64,000 bases of DNA from Minisyncoccota bacterium (GCA_022763365.1 JALEGN010000013.1:44118-108117), one strand, 5' to 3'. Shown: positions 20,359 through 29,553, numbered from the stretch's first letter. Numbers and translations: made by a program. Notes: a model not told the origin generated them from the sequence alone.

Positions 20359-20739
20359 TTAACTCGCTTTTTTTAATTGCGGTTTAGCAACTTTATGAAT
20401 TTTTCCTGTTTTATTCAAACAGTACACCAACTTTTCGATGGTAGTAGGCTTCATATTTAAATAACCCAAAGTAATATTGTAAGTTTGAATTATTCTCATA
20501 CCTTCAGGACTTGAAAAGTAGTTATAAATTGAACCAGGAACCTTATCATCTATCCAAATAAAAGCAGCATTTTCATTTTCTATCATTTTAACTGCGGCTT
20601 CTTCTGGGTCAATAATCGCAAGTTCTGGCTCGAGATTTTCGCCTGCTAAGAAGGCAAGAGCTTCAAGCTCAATATACCTTGTTAACTTAGGACTACTAGT
20701 ACCAAAACCACCAAGAATAAACATTTTACGAGTTTTCAT
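20359..20739 (-). CDS. Hypothetical 126-aa protein (small alpha/beta fold, distant paralog of the next gene)
   Basis: MFILGGFGTS...LAFLAGE...IIDPEEAAVKMIE...AAFIWIDD pattern; carries the conserved promoter/leader copy upstream. Confidence 0.5.
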   Translation of the reverse strand: MKTRKMFILGGFGTSSPKLTRYIELEALAFLAGENLEPELAIIDPEEAAVKMIENENAAFIWIDDKVPGSIYNYFSSPEGMRIIQTYNITLGYLNMKPTTIEKLVYCLNKTGKIHKVAKPQLKKAS

Positions 20740-20775
20740 AATTACAAAGATTTGATTTAAATTAATTATACCAAA
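20740..20775 (-). promoter_or_regulatory. Promoter/leader module copy 1 (extended -10 TGgTATAAT plus conserved leader TTAATTTAAATCAAATCTTTGTAATT-ATG)
   Basis: 23/24-nt identity with the copy at 21226-21249; TATAAT about 25 nt upstream of the ATG; no SD. Confidence 0.5.
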
Positions 20776-20824
20776 ATTTAACCGTATAGCAAAAACTATA
20801 CGGTAGGTTTAACAATATTTTAAT

Positions 20825-21217
20825 TTAGGCAGCTCGGCGCTTGAGCACAGGTTTTTTATCTGGTGTATCAACCTTGAAAAAATCTTCAGTAGTACCCTTT
20901 TTCAAATCGATAAAGAAAGCATTAGCTCGCTCCATTGCCCTCCTGAGACGCGCCTTACGGCGATTAAGGTTTCGCATCAAACGGCGTTTGAAATCTTTGG
21001 TAGTTGAGTAGTCTTGGAAAACGTAGACACTCACTCGTGTTGATTCTTGAATGATTTTTTCTACTTGCTCCAAGGCCTTGCAATACTCACCATTATTAAC
21101 AGAAACGAACTGAAAAGAATAACCTTTATTGATTTGCCCTGTTGCTAGGATAAATTTATTTTTTTGCTCTCTGAAGTCACCTTCACCTAAAATTACAATA
21201 CTATTGTTTTTTGACAT
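20825..21217 (-). CDS. Hypothetical 130-aa protein with basic C-terminus (distant paralog of the 126-aa gene)
   Basis: SIVILGEGDF...FILATGQ...ALEQVEKIIQESTRVSVYVFQD resembles the preceding protein's N-terminal pattern; C-terminal RRLMRNLNRRKARLRRAMERA basic helix. Confidence 0.5.
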   Translation of the reverse strand: MSKNNSIVILGEGDFREQKNKFILATGQINKGYSFQFVSVNNGEYCKALEQVEKIIQESTRVSVYVFQDYSTTKDFKRRLMRNLNRRKARLRRAMERANAFFIDLKKGTTEDFFKVDTPDKKPVLKRRAA

Positions 21218-21252
21218 ATATAGAAAGATTTGATTTAAATAAATTATATCAT
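21218..21252 (-). promoter_or_regulatory. Promoter/leader module copy 2 (TATAAT plus conserved leader TTATTTAAATCAAATCTTTCTATAT-ATG)
   Basis: Near-identical to the copy at 20747-20770; preceded (mRNA sense) by the trmD terminator hairpin aaacatca/tgatgttt. Confidence 0.5.
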
Positions 21253-21271
21253 ATCAAAATAAAAACATCAA

Positions 21272-21937
21272 TTAATGATGTTTCCTCCACTCGTCAATTA
21301 ATTTATGGTTACCCGATTGCAGCACTTCAGGAACCTGATATTTTTTTCCTTTATATTTCAATTCAGCTGGTCTGGTATACATTTCATGTGATGAAATACG
21401 ATCTTCTTCAAGCGATTGTTTGTTTCCCAGTACCCCATCAACTTGTCGAGATATTGAGTCAATCATAACCATAGCTGCTAACTCCCCACCTGTTAACACA
21501 TAATCTCCAATCGAAACAAGGTCAGCACCGGTAATTTCGGCTACACGTGCATCAATCCCTTCATAGCGTCCGCAAATGAAAATAATATCGGTATGTTCTT
21601 TGGCAGAAGCTTTTGCATACTCTGTCGTAAATTTTTCACCGCCGGGTGAGAGGATAATGGTTTTAAATTTCCTTTTTTTAGTAAGCGGTAATTTTTCGAT
21701 AAGCGTTTTTTTGGTGATGTCTGCCCACAAATCAATAATTGGCTCTGCCATCATAACCATCCCTGGACCGCCACCATAAGGAATATCATCAACTTTTTTA
21801 TGTTTATTTTTGGTGACATCTCGAGGATTATAAAACTGCACACTAATAGAACCCTTATCAAGAGCTTTTTTCATTATTGAGTCATTAAGGTATGAATCAA
21901 AAAGATTTGGGAAAATAGTTATCACATGAAAGTTCAT
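21272..21937 (-). CDS. trmD: tRNA (guanine37-N1)-methyltransferase
   Basis: MNFHVITIFPNLFDSYL..., IPYGGGPGMVMM, SPGGE, ICGRYEGIDAR motifs; start at 21937 (ORF track extends to 21961). Confidence 0.9.
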   Translation of the reverse strand: MNFHVITIFPNLFDSYLNDSIMKKALDKGSISVQFYNPRDVTKNKHKKVDDIPYGGGPGMVMMAEPIIDLWADITKKTLIEKLPLTKKRKFKTIILSPGGEKFTTEYAKASAKEHTDIIFICGRYEGIDARVAEITGADLVSIGDYVLTGGELAAMVMIDSISRQVDGVLGNKQSLEEDRISSHEMYTRPAELKYKGKKYQVPEVLQSGNHKLIDEWRKHH

Positions 21938-21996
21938 ATAGTAATTGTAAAAACAATACAATAATGACGCAAGAAATGCTAATATAAAAAGAAATT

Positions 21997-22203
21997 ATGA
22001 GTCAAAAAAATCAGACACTTGCCTCGTTACAATTTAAACTAGAAATCTTGAACCTTAATTATTGGGAGCACTTTAAATTTGCACAAGACCTAGTGCGAAG
22101 TCTTGGACCAACGCACCCACAGTATATTAATATGCAAAATAATGTTAATGATATGCTCGAAGAAATTAATAAGATTCAAAAAGAAATTAAACAGCACTCA
22201 TAA
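21997..22203 (+). CDS. Hypothetical 68-aa protein
   Basis: Isolated small ORF with a terminator hairpin (cactca/tgagtg plus T-run) at its stop codon; no motifs. Confidence 0.3.
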   Translation: MSQKNQTLASLQFKLEILNLNYWEHFKFAQDLVRSLGPTHPQYINMQNNVNDMLEEINKIQKEIKQHS

Positions 22204-22246
22204 TGAGTGTTTTCTTGTTTAATAATTTATTTTATCTAGACTAGAA

Positions 22247-22573
22247 TTATTCATGTCAGGTAATCGCGCAACTCTGATTCGTCGGAGAGTGAGGAAAGTC
22301 CGGACATGTTTTTCCTTCGGGATCAAAAATGGTAGCAGGTAATTCCTGTCCGTAGTAATACGCGAGGTGCGAGCAGAGACGCCTAATTCGAAAGATGATG
22401 GCTACCCCAGTGGTAGAGCCAGTATGGCAACATATTGGGTGAAACGGCTAAATCCTTACCCACATGCAAAGTCGAGTTTGCCTTGAGCATTCGTGCCGCA
22501 AAGAAATTATTGGCGACAATAATTCAAGATAAATGATTACCCTAGACAGAATCCGGCTTATCGACATGAATAT
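22247..22573 (+). ncRNA. rnpB: RNase P RNA (bacterial type), about 325 nt
   Basis: No ORF; GAGGAAAGTCCGG (22291-22303) and ACAGAATCCGGCTTATCG (22546-22563), the conserved P4 strands; GGGTGAAAcGG J11/12-like element; 5' attcatgtc pairs with 3' gacatgaat (P1). Confidence 0.85.
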
Positions 22574-22574
22574 A

Positions 22575-22607
22575 TAAAAAATCACAGCTATCAGCTGTGA
22601 TTTTTTA
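22575..22607. terminator. Bidirectional rho-independent terminator (rnpB on plus, DUF192 gene on minus)
   Basis: Perfect 9-bp stem atcacagct/agctgtgat, 3-nt loop, flanked by aaaaaa and tttttt. Confidence 0.7.
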
Positions 22608-22613
22608 CGTGGA

Positions 22614-23108
22614 TTATCTAGTTTCCCAAGACACTGATTGTCCTATTTCAAGATTATACTGCTGACTAAATCCTGCGACTGTTTCTAGAACATATCGTGC
22701 CTTATCATCTGGATAATAACTCTCTGGGAAATCTTCTGGGCGGGCATTTTCTTTAATTGAAATAATCTGCCTATTACTATCAAGCCAAATAATATCGATA
22801 GGAAATTTCATATCACGCATCCAAAATGAATAGAGTCCTTCGGCCTCAAAAACAAAGAGCATTGCTTGATTTGATTCCAATGTTTCATATCGTGATAAAC
22901 CAACAGAACGATCATTCGTTGTTTCAGCAATATCAATGATGAGTTCTTGCCCACCAATTATCAGCTGTCCATCATTTTCAAAACCTTGTTTCTCAGCGTT
23001 ATTGTGAACCATCACCCCAACAAAAATAGCAAGAGCAATAATAATAAGAGTACCTAAAGGTTTGACAATTCTATGATGAGCCTGAATTCTTTTTAAAATA
23101 AGGTCCAT
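22614..23108 (-). CDS. DUF192 (COG1430)-family protein with N-terminal membrane anchor
   Basis: MLFVFE..YSFWMRDMKFPIDIIWLDSNRQIISI...YVLETVAGF matches the DUF192 pattern. Confidence 0.65.
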   Translation of the reverse strand: MDLILKRIQAHHRIVKPLGTLIIIALAIFVGVMVHNNAEKQGFENDGQLIIGGQELIIDIAETTNDRSVGLSRYETLESNQAMLFVFEAEGLYSFWMRDMKFPIDIIWLDSNRQIISIKENARPEDFPESYYPDDKARYVLETVAGFSQQYNLEIGQSVSWETR

Positions 23109-23124
23109 ATGCTAGAATTGTATC

Positions 23125-23712
23125 ATGAATTCAGAACAAAAAACCAGAAAAAGCTTTAAGCAAGAAGCTTTAGAGCTGCTCCGGTTTACTCTTATTGTCC
23201 TTGCTATTGTTATACCAATTCGTGTGTTCATTGCACAACCTTTTATCGTTAATGGTGAATCTATGATTCCAACTCTTGATAACGGTGATTACCTTATTAT
23301 TGATCAAATAACTTACAAACAACGAACCCCAGAACGTGGTGAAGTTGTTGTTTTCAGATTCCCAAGTAACCAAAGGCGCTTCCTCATCAAACGAATCATT
23401 GGTCTTCCTGGAGAAACCGTAGGTATCAACGGTTCACGTGTCACCATCACCGATGCTGACGGAAATGTTATTCAATTAGAAGAAGAATCGTATTTGAATC
23501 GAGAATTCTCAAGTTATGGGACATGGTCTCTCGGTAGTGATGAGTACTTTGTTATGGGAGATAATCGTCAAAAAAGTTCAGACTCTCGGTCGTGGGGAAT
23601 CTTGAAAGAAGACCTGATTGTTGGTAAAACATTCTTGCGTCTCTTCCCTCTTGGTAATTTTGATTATCAACCTGCAGAAATCGAAGCGTCACAAATTGAA
23701 TTAGCACTTTAA
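23125..23712 (+). CDS. lepB: Signal peptidase I
   Basis: S26 motifs GESMIPTL (Ser nucleophile), RIIGLPGE, YFVMGDNRQKSSDSR (Lys general base region); N-terminal TM. Confidence 0.9.
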   Translation: MNSEQKTRKSFKQEALELLRFTLIVLAIVIPIRVFIAQPFIVNGESMIPTLDNGDYLIIDQITYKQRTPERGEVVVFRFPSNQRRFLIKRIIGLPGETVGINGSRVTITDADGNVIQLEEESYLNREFSSYGTWSLGSDEYFVMGDNRQKSSDSRSWGILKEDLIVGKTFLRLFPLGNFDYQPAEIEASQIELAL

Positions 23713-23735
23713 TAATTAATCTAAACATTAATCAT

Positions 23736-25031
23736 ATGAGTCCAAAAAAAAGTAAGTCACAAAAAAATATTCTCCAAGCGCCAAAAGGGATGCGAGATTT
23801 ATTAGATGATCCTTTTTACATGAAACAAGGATTCTATGAGAAAGCTCAAGAGATTGCTGAATACTATGGTTTTTCAGGGATTGAATTACCTATTCTAGAA
23901 CATGAGGAAATCTTTACCAAAGGAGTTGGTGATGGGACCGATATCGTTGATAAAGAAATGTACAGTCTGAAAACTAAAGGTGGTGACCATTTAGTCATGC
24001 GACCTGAAGGTACAGCAGCGGCTATGCGTGCCTATATTGAACATGGAATGGGAGCGTTACCTCAACCGGTATTTATATACTATGACGGTCCTTTTTTCAG
24101 ACATGAACGACCTCAAAAAGGACGATACCGACAATTCTATCAATTTGGACTTGAAATTATAGGCTCTCCTAAAGCGGTCCTTGATGCTATTACTATCCAA
24201 ACAGGATATCAAATTCTCAAAGAATCAGGTAAAGATATTAGTGTAAAAATAAATACTTTAGGTGATACTGAGGTTCGAAAGGAATACCTAAGAGAATTGA
24301 AATCATTCTACAAAAAACATAAAAATAGTATTTCTCAAAAAGATCTCAAGCGTCTTGAAACAAATCCCCTACGTGTTCTTGACTCAAAAGAGGCTGACAC
24401 TATTGCTGTGAACGAAGATGCACCAACCTTAATTGAGACGCTGAATAAAGAAAGTAAAAAACATTTTAAGCAGGTACTTGAATATCTTGATGCGGCACAT
24501 ATTCCCTATGAAATAGATAATACTTTAGTGCGAGGACTCGATTACTACGCACACACCGTTTTTGAATATGTTACCTACAGCGAAGACGGAGAAACCTCAT
24601 TAGCTCTTGGTGGTGGTGGGCGTTATGATGGTCTTGCCAAGGTTATGGGACACACCAAGGATGTTCCGGCAGTTGGATTAGCTCTTGGTGTTGATCGTAT
24701 TATCGAAATAGCTAAAGAAGGATCATTTAATCCAAAAATTAGAAAGAAACCAAAATTCTTTTTCATTCAAATTGGTTATGAAGCGAAGGCTAAAGCTTTT
24801 GATATTATCGAGATTATGCGCAAAAAACGCTATCCACTAAAACACTCGCTTTCAAAAAATAACCTTGGAAAACAATTAGCAAAGGCTGAAGAATCAGGGA
24901 TTCCCTACGCTCTTATTTTTGGTAAAAAAGAGGCTATTGATGGAACGGTAATTGTACGTGATATGCGAACCCGGAAACAAAAAACGGTAGATATTCCTAA
25001 ACTTGCTGATTATATTAAAACACTCAAATAG
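23736..25031 (+). CDS. hisS: Histidyl-tRNA synthetase
   Basis: APKGMRDL, class II motifs ...MRPEGTAA..., FRHERPQKGRYRQFYQFGLEIIG, GGGRYD; C-terminal anticodon-binding domain. Confidence 0.92.
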   Translation: MSPKKSKSQKNILQAPKGMRDLLDDPFYMKQGFYEKAQEIAEYYGFSGIELPILEHEEIFTKGVGDGTDIVDKEMYSLKTKGGDHLVMRPEGTAAAMRAYIEHGMGALPQPVFIYYDGPFFRHERPQKGRYRQFYQFGLEIIGSPKAVLDAITIQTGYQILKESGKDISVKINTLGDTEVRKEYLRELKSFYKKHKNSISQKDLKRLETNPLRVLDSKEADTIAVNEDAPTLIETLNKESKKHFKQVLEYLDAAHIPYEIDNTLVRGLDYYAHTVFEYVTYSEDGETSLALGGGGRYDGLAKVMGHTKDVPAVGLALGVDRIIEIAKEGSFNPKIRKKPKFFFIQIGYEAKAKAFDIIEIMRKKRYPLKHSLSKNNLGKQLAKAEESGIPYALIFGKKEAIDGTVIVRDMRTRKQKTVDIPKLADYIKTLK

Positions 25032-25067
25032 CGTTGCATTGAGTGTTTTTTCTTTTACACTAGAGTT

Positions 25068-25586
25068 ATGAAGCGAGAAATCGTACAAATGGGTAAAAAG
25101 GTACTGAGAAAAGAAGCCCAATACATTGAACCATCTGAAATTACGTCAGATACCATTCAAAATATTATCACTGATATGCATGAATCCTTGGCAACGCAAA
25201 ATGATGGTGTGGCTATTGCTGCTCCACAAATTGGTGAATCATATCAAATTTTTACCGTTGCTCCTTTTTTGTTTGATGAACCAGAGAAAGAACATTTGGT
25301 TTATATTAATCCAGTTATCAAAGAGCGCTCTAAAAAAGAAAAATGGATGCATGAAGGTTGCCTTTCCTGCAGATGGAAAGTTGGCGAGGTTGAGCGTTCT
25401 CTTGAAACTGTTGTTGAAGCCTATGATGAACATGGTCAAAAATTTACGGTTCATGCCACAGGTCTTCTCGCCCATATTCATCAGCATGAAATAGATCACC
25501 TCTATGGAACACTGTTCATTGACAAGGCACGTAAACTGCGTGACATGACACAAAAAGAAATTGATGAGGTCCTAGAGGGAAAATAG
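25068..25586 (+). CDS. def: Peptide deformylase
   Basis: GVAIAAPQIG, EGCLS, HEIDHLYG (HExxH) motifs. Confidence 0.9.
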   Translation: MKREIVQMGKKVLRKEAQYIEPSEITSDTIQNIITDMHESLATQNDGVAIAAPQIGESYQIFTVAPFLFDEPEKEHLVYINPVIKERSKKEKWMHEGCLSCRWKVGEVERSLETVVEAYDEHGQKFTVHATGLLAHIHQHEIDHLYGTLFIDKARKLRDMTQKEIDEVLEGK

Positions 25587-25625
25587 CATAATGCTATTTT
25601 TTTTATTTTATTTATACTTTAAATT

Positions 25626-26456
25626 ATGAATAAACTACGTTTTGTCTTTTTTGGAACACCTGAATTTTCAACTATCATTTTAGATGAATTAAAATCAGCC
25701 GGGTATCTACCATCACTGATTATTACGGCTCCCGACCGACCTGTTGGACGAAAATATATTATGACGCCACCACCCGTAAAAGTATGGGCAGATGAACATA
25801 CTATTGAATGCTGGCAACCAGAGCATCCACGCGATATTGTAGAAGAACTACAGAAGCGGAATGATGACCTTTATATCGTTGCTTCATACGGATACATCGT
25901 AAATCAAAAATTACTAAATATTCCAAAAAACGGCGTTCTCAATGTACATACTTCCCTACTACCAAAGTATCGAGGAGCATCACCTATTGAATCTGCTATT
26001 TTAAATGGTGATACCGAAACTGGTTCAACAATTATGCAAATGACCTTAGGTATGGATGAAGGACCTATTATTACCCAATCAAGGTTTCCTTTGGAATCTG
26101 ATATTTTGAAGCCTGATTTATTTCATATGTTGGCACATGATGGCGGGAAATTGCTTGCTGGAATTCTACCAGAATATATTGCTGGTACATGTACACCAAT
26201 TGAACAAAACCATGAAGAAGCTAGTTATTGCGGAAAAATTGCTAAATCTGATGGTGACATAACCGATGATGATGATATAACACGTGATCGTAAATACAGA
26301 GCCTATTATGGTTGGCCAGGCGTGTTTATGTTTGACGGTGATACACGCCTGAAAATCACTGATGCGTCATTTAATGGAACCACCTTTACCGTTCATAAAA
26401 TTATTCCTGCTGGAAAGAAAGAAATGAATTATTCAGATTACCTTAAAAATAAATAA
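25626..26456 (+). CDS. fmt: Methionyl-tRNA formyltransferase
   Basis: LRFVFFGTPEFS, NVHTSLLPKYRGASPI (formyltransferase core), adjacent to def. Confidence 0.9.
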   Translation: MNKLRFVFFGTPEFSTIILDELKSAGYLPSLIITAPDRPVGRKYIMTPPPVKVWADEHTIECWQPEHPRDIVEELQKRNDDLYIVASYGYIVNQKLLNIPKNGVLNVHTSLLPKYRGASPIESAILNGDTETGSTIMQMTLGMDEGPIITQSRFPLESDILKPDLFHMLAHDGGKLLAGILPEYIAGTCTPIEQNHEEASYCGKIAKSDGDITDDDDITRDRKYRAYYGWPGVFMFDGDTRLKITDASFNGTTFTVHKIIPAGKKEMNYSDYLKNK

Positions 26457-26457
26457 T

Positions 26458-27606
26458 ATGATTCAATCTTTTATATTTCATGGATTTAAAATGAGTGAAT
26501 TAAGGCGTTTTAATATCTCAGTCTTTATTAAGATAATTGGACGATCTCTTATAGGTATTTTTATTCCAATATTTCTCTATAAAAATGGATTTAGTATTTT
26601 TGAAATTCTACTATTTTACGGACTAATATCTATTGCCTTTGTAGCATTAGGTGGAATAGGAACTCGATTAATATCGAAAATTGGTGCGAAACATGCAATC
26701 CTTTTATCGGCTTTTTTTGAGATTACTTTTTTCCTGCTTATGCCTTTTGTAGTATCACATTATTGGCTGTTACTTATACTTCCAATTATCTTTGCTATAG
26801 AAATGATTCTTTTTAATATAAGCTATCATCTTATTTTTACTCTTGATTCACACACCAAAAATAGAGGTAGAGAAATTGCGAATGTTGGTATGTTGGTTGT
26901 TTTAGCAGGAATTGTTTCTCCATTCATTGGAGGTATTATTGCAGACCTTAATTTCACCCTTCTCTTTTTAATTAGTGCTGGATTTATACTTTTGAGTTCA
27001 CTGCCATTACTCTTCACGAAAGATCTGTATCAGAATTTAGACTTCAAAATAAAGGATGTCTGGAAAAATATTTTCAAAAAATCAGAACGTGGTAATACCT
27101 TGAGCTTCGCTTCATACGGTGCTGAGCATATTATTAATGTAGTAATATGGCCAATTATTATCATTAGCATCGTAGGTAGCTTAGAAAAAACCGGACTAAT
27201 TGTTTCTGCATCAGCAGTTATTTCTTTAATAACTTATAAAATAATTGGGCACCTGAGCGACACCTTAGAAAACAAAAAACTTATCAAATTAGGAACCTAT
27301 CTTCATAGTGTGGCCTGGTTTACACGAATATTTGTACAAAACATGTATTCAATAATTGTGATTGATTCGTATAAAAATATTGCTCAAAAAATTCTTCATG
27401 TACCATGGACAAATCAAAGCTATACATTAGCAATGAAAAATAATTTTTATGAATTCATTGTGAGAAAAGAATATATTTTTCATCTTAGTCGTATTTTTTT
27501 ATATATCCTCTTGGGCTTAGTATTTTGGATTAACATTGCTCCTTTTACTATTACTCTTATCATTGCAGGTATTACAAGTCTTGGGTATAAATTTATTAAT
27601 TCTTAA
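26458..27606 (+). CDS. Polytopic membrane protein, possibly MFS-type transporter
   Basis: About 10 predicted TM helices; loop GGIGTRLISKIGAKHAIL resembles the MFS motif A; weak. Confidence 0.4.
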   Translation: MIQSFIFHGFKMSELRRFNISVFIKIIGRSLIGIFIPIFLYKNGFSIFEILLFYGLISIAFVALGGIGTRLISKIGAKHAILLSAFFEITFFLLMPFVVSHYWLLLILPIIFAIEMILFNISYHLIFTLDSHTKNRGREIANVGMLVVLAGIVSPFIGGIIADLNFTLLFLISAGFILLSSLPLLFTKDLYQNLDFKIKDVWKNIFKKSERGNTLSFASYGAEHIINVVIWPIIIISIVGSLEKTGLIVSASAVISLITYKIIGHLSDTLENKKLIKLGTYLHSVAWFTRIFVQNMYSIIVIDSYKNIAQKILHVPWTNQSYTLAMKNNFYEFIVRKEYIFHLSRIFLYILLGLVFWINIAPFTITLIIAGITSLGYKFINS

Positions 27607-27610
27607 TTAT

Positions 27611-28159
27611 ATGATGTCATTATTTATTTGGTCACAAATTTTAGCTGGTATTGGTATGGGTATATCAATCACTGCTGCACAGATTAAAAACCCTGTTGTT
27701 ATGAGGGTAATGTTTTTTATCTCAGCATTATTTCGTGGAACTCATTTTATTTTCTTGGGAGTACCCCAAGCCGGAATCATTACCTTCGTCACGGGGAGTC
27801 GCTGGCTCAGTAGTGTCTTCACCCACAAGAAATGGGTTATGGTTTTCTTTATCATTATTACCTTTGTTGCTGGATGGTTTAACCATGCTGGAATTATCAG
27901 TGCCTTGCCAGTTATTGCAGGTGTCTTAGGAACCCTTGCTGCATTCAGTGATAATGATAGACGGATGAGAATTTATTTAATTATAGCCATGATTTTATGG
28001 GTTATTCATAATATTGTGGTCTTTACACCGGTTGGTATCCTCTCAAGTGTCTTTTTCCTGGTTTCAATGATGATTGGCTATGAACGATTTTATCATTATA
28101 ATCATATTCAATTTTTTCATGATCAACCGGTACACAATCAAAACACTGAGAAAAAATAG
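27611..28159 (+). CDS. YgjV-like inner membrane protein
   Basis: Pattern SQILAGIGMGISITAAQ...FFISALFRGTHFIFLG..AGII..LPVIAGVLGT...WVIHNI matches the YgjV family; start at 27611 rather than 27536. Confidence 0.55.
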   Translation: MMSLFIWSQILAGIGMGISITAAQIKNPVVMRVMFFISALFRGTHFIFLGVPQAGIITFVTGSRWLSSVFTHKKWVMVFFIIITFVAGWFNHAGIISALPVIAGVLGTLAAFSDNDRRMRIYLIIAMILWVIHNIVVFTPVGILSSVFFLVSMMIGYERFYHYNHIQFFHDQPVHNQNTEKK

Positions 28160-28196
28160 AACTCGGCGATGCGAGTTTTTTATATATACTAAAAAT

Positions 28197-28457
28197 ATGA
28201 ATACAAATATCATTATGTACGGAGCTGACTGGTGTCATGATTGCATGGCCGCAAAAGCAATTTTAGAAGAGAAAAAAATTTCATATGAATTAAGAGATAT
28301 TACGGACCCTATTCATAAAGATGAATATATTGAAAAGCTAACCGAATTAAATGATGGAAAAAGAATTATTCCAACCTTTGTAATTGGTGGTAATCATTAT
28401 CCAAACCCAAAGCCTTCGGAATTACATAACCTTCTAGAAAAAATAAAAAACGCTTAA
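28197..28457 (+). CDS. Glutaredoxin-like protein (NrdH/YruB-like), 86 aa
   Basis: MYGADWCHDCMAAKAIL... CxxC at the start of helix 1, ...RIIPTFVIGGNHY; start at 28197 (ORF-track 28074 is an extension). Confidence 0.7.
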   Translation: MNTNIIMYGADWCHDCMAAKAILEEKKISYELRDITDPIHKDEYIEKLTELNDGKRIIPTFVIGGNHYPNPKPSELHNLLEKIKNA

Positions 28458-28466
28458 GCGTTTTTT
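28445..28466. terminator. Bidirectional terminator between the glutaredoxin-like gene and the cyclophilin gene
   Basis: aaaaaacgc-ttaa-gcgtttttt palindrome spanning the stop codon. Confidence 0.6.
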
Positions 28467-29193
28467 ATTTTACAATCGTAATTGATTCAATAACCATTGG
28501 TTCTACGGGAATATTCCGTGGTGCTGGAGCTTCTACGTTTTCAATAGTTTCTACTACATCCATGCCAGAAACAACTTTTCCGAAAACAGTATGTTTATCA
28601 TCAAGGAAGCTATTGTCAGCCGTATTAATAAAGAATTGTGAACCATTGGTATTTGGTCCAGCATTTGCCATTGAAATAGTTCCTGAAACGTTATTGTTTT
28701 CAGCGTGGATTTCATCTTCGAATTGATATCCTGGCCCACCGGTTCCCCATCGATCCATGAGATCATCATCTTTGGTTTGAGGATCACCACCTTGGATCAT
28801 AAAATCTTTAATAACGCGGTGGAATTTTACGCCGTCATAAAAATTTGATTCTGATAAACTCACAAAATTCTCAACGGTCTTTGGTGCGAGTTCATCGAAT
28901 AATTCCAATTCAATGACTCCTTGGTTGGTTGTAATAATTGCTTTCATAATATCTTCGTTATTTGCGAGGAGTTCTGCTTCTTCTTCTGAGAAACCAGATT
29001 CCTCTAAATTATTTTCTAATACTTCAGGAAATATTTCTGATGATTCAGAGTCAATAATCTCCAATTGCTCAACTACAGTATCTTTCACTGGTGAGCTGTG
29101 TGTTGATTCAGTATGATTACTGATTACAACAAATGCTATCAGAGCTACTATCCCAATAATAAAAACAGCAACTGATGAAGTAATTTTTTTCAT
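28465..29193 (-). CDS. Peptidyl-prolyl cis-trans isomerase, cyclophilin type, with N-terminal membrane anchor and acidic linker
   Basis: FHRVIKDFMIQGGDP, GTISMANAGPNTNGSQFFI, HTVFGKVV cyclophilin motifs. Confidence 0.9.
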   Translation of the reverse strand: MKKITSSVAVFIIGIVALIAFVVISNHTESTHSSPVKDTVVEQLEIIDSESSEIFPEVLENNLEESGFSEEEAELLANNEDIMKAIITTNQGVIELELFDELAPKTVENFVSLSESNFYDGVKFHRVIKDFMIQGGDPQTKDDDLMDRWGTGGPGYQFEDEIHAENNNVSGTISMANAGPNTNGSQFFINTADNSFLDDKHTVFGKVVSGMDVVETIENVEAPAPRNIPVEPMVIESITIVK

Positions 29194-29196
29194 AAA

Positions 29197-29553
29197 TTAA
29201 TATTTGTTCTTTCTAAATAATCGTTTAATTTTTTGTCCTGCCTTACGTGCCAGGTTACGTGATTTACTGCGGTGAGAACGCACAACTCTGAACATATCAC
29301 CGTAGGCATGGTCAAATGCCGAGCGAATATTTTCTCGATATTCTTCAGTAAAATATTGATTATGTGGGTCATCAATTTTTATCGAAACGTAAAAAAGATC
29401 ATGCCCGTGATGACTTTGATGCGTTTGTTCTACATCAACATAAGCATTCGTATCATAACTAAAAAATTTATTGAGTCCAAATAATCTATTAGCCATCATT
29501 TGTTTACTTTCTGATGGAATATTAAGGTCCTTTGCACGAAAATATATATTCAT
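29197..29553 (-). CDS. hpf: Ribosome hibernation promoting factor / RaiA-like protein
   Basis: beta-alpha-beta-beta-beta-alpha pattern with NAYVDVEQ...HHGHDLFYVSIKI...AFDHAYGDMFRVV resembling the YfiA/HPF family. Confidence 0.5.
   Translation of the reverse strand: MNIYFRAKDLNIPSESKQMMANRLFGLNKFFSYDTNAYVDVEQTHQSHHGHDLFYVSIKIDDPHNQYFTEEYRENIRSAFDHAYGDMFRVVRSHRSKSRNLARKAGQKIKRLFRKNKY

Noticed and set aside
20359-20739. Assigning the 126-aa protein to V-type ATPase subunit F (ILGG...LAFLAGE...EEA pattern)
   Set aside because: The pattern similarity is weak, and no other V-ATPase genes are nearby. I report it only as a generic small alpha/beta fold.
3407-28196. Upstream ORF-track extensions (rpsB from 3407, proS to 3305, trmD to 21961, YgjV-like from 27536, glutaredoxin-like from 28074, rpe to 39818, nrdB to 58280)
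   Set aside because: The extensions overlap neighbouring genes or consist of low-complexity hydrophobic sequence. Conserved N-termini align to internal Met codons, which I used as the starts.
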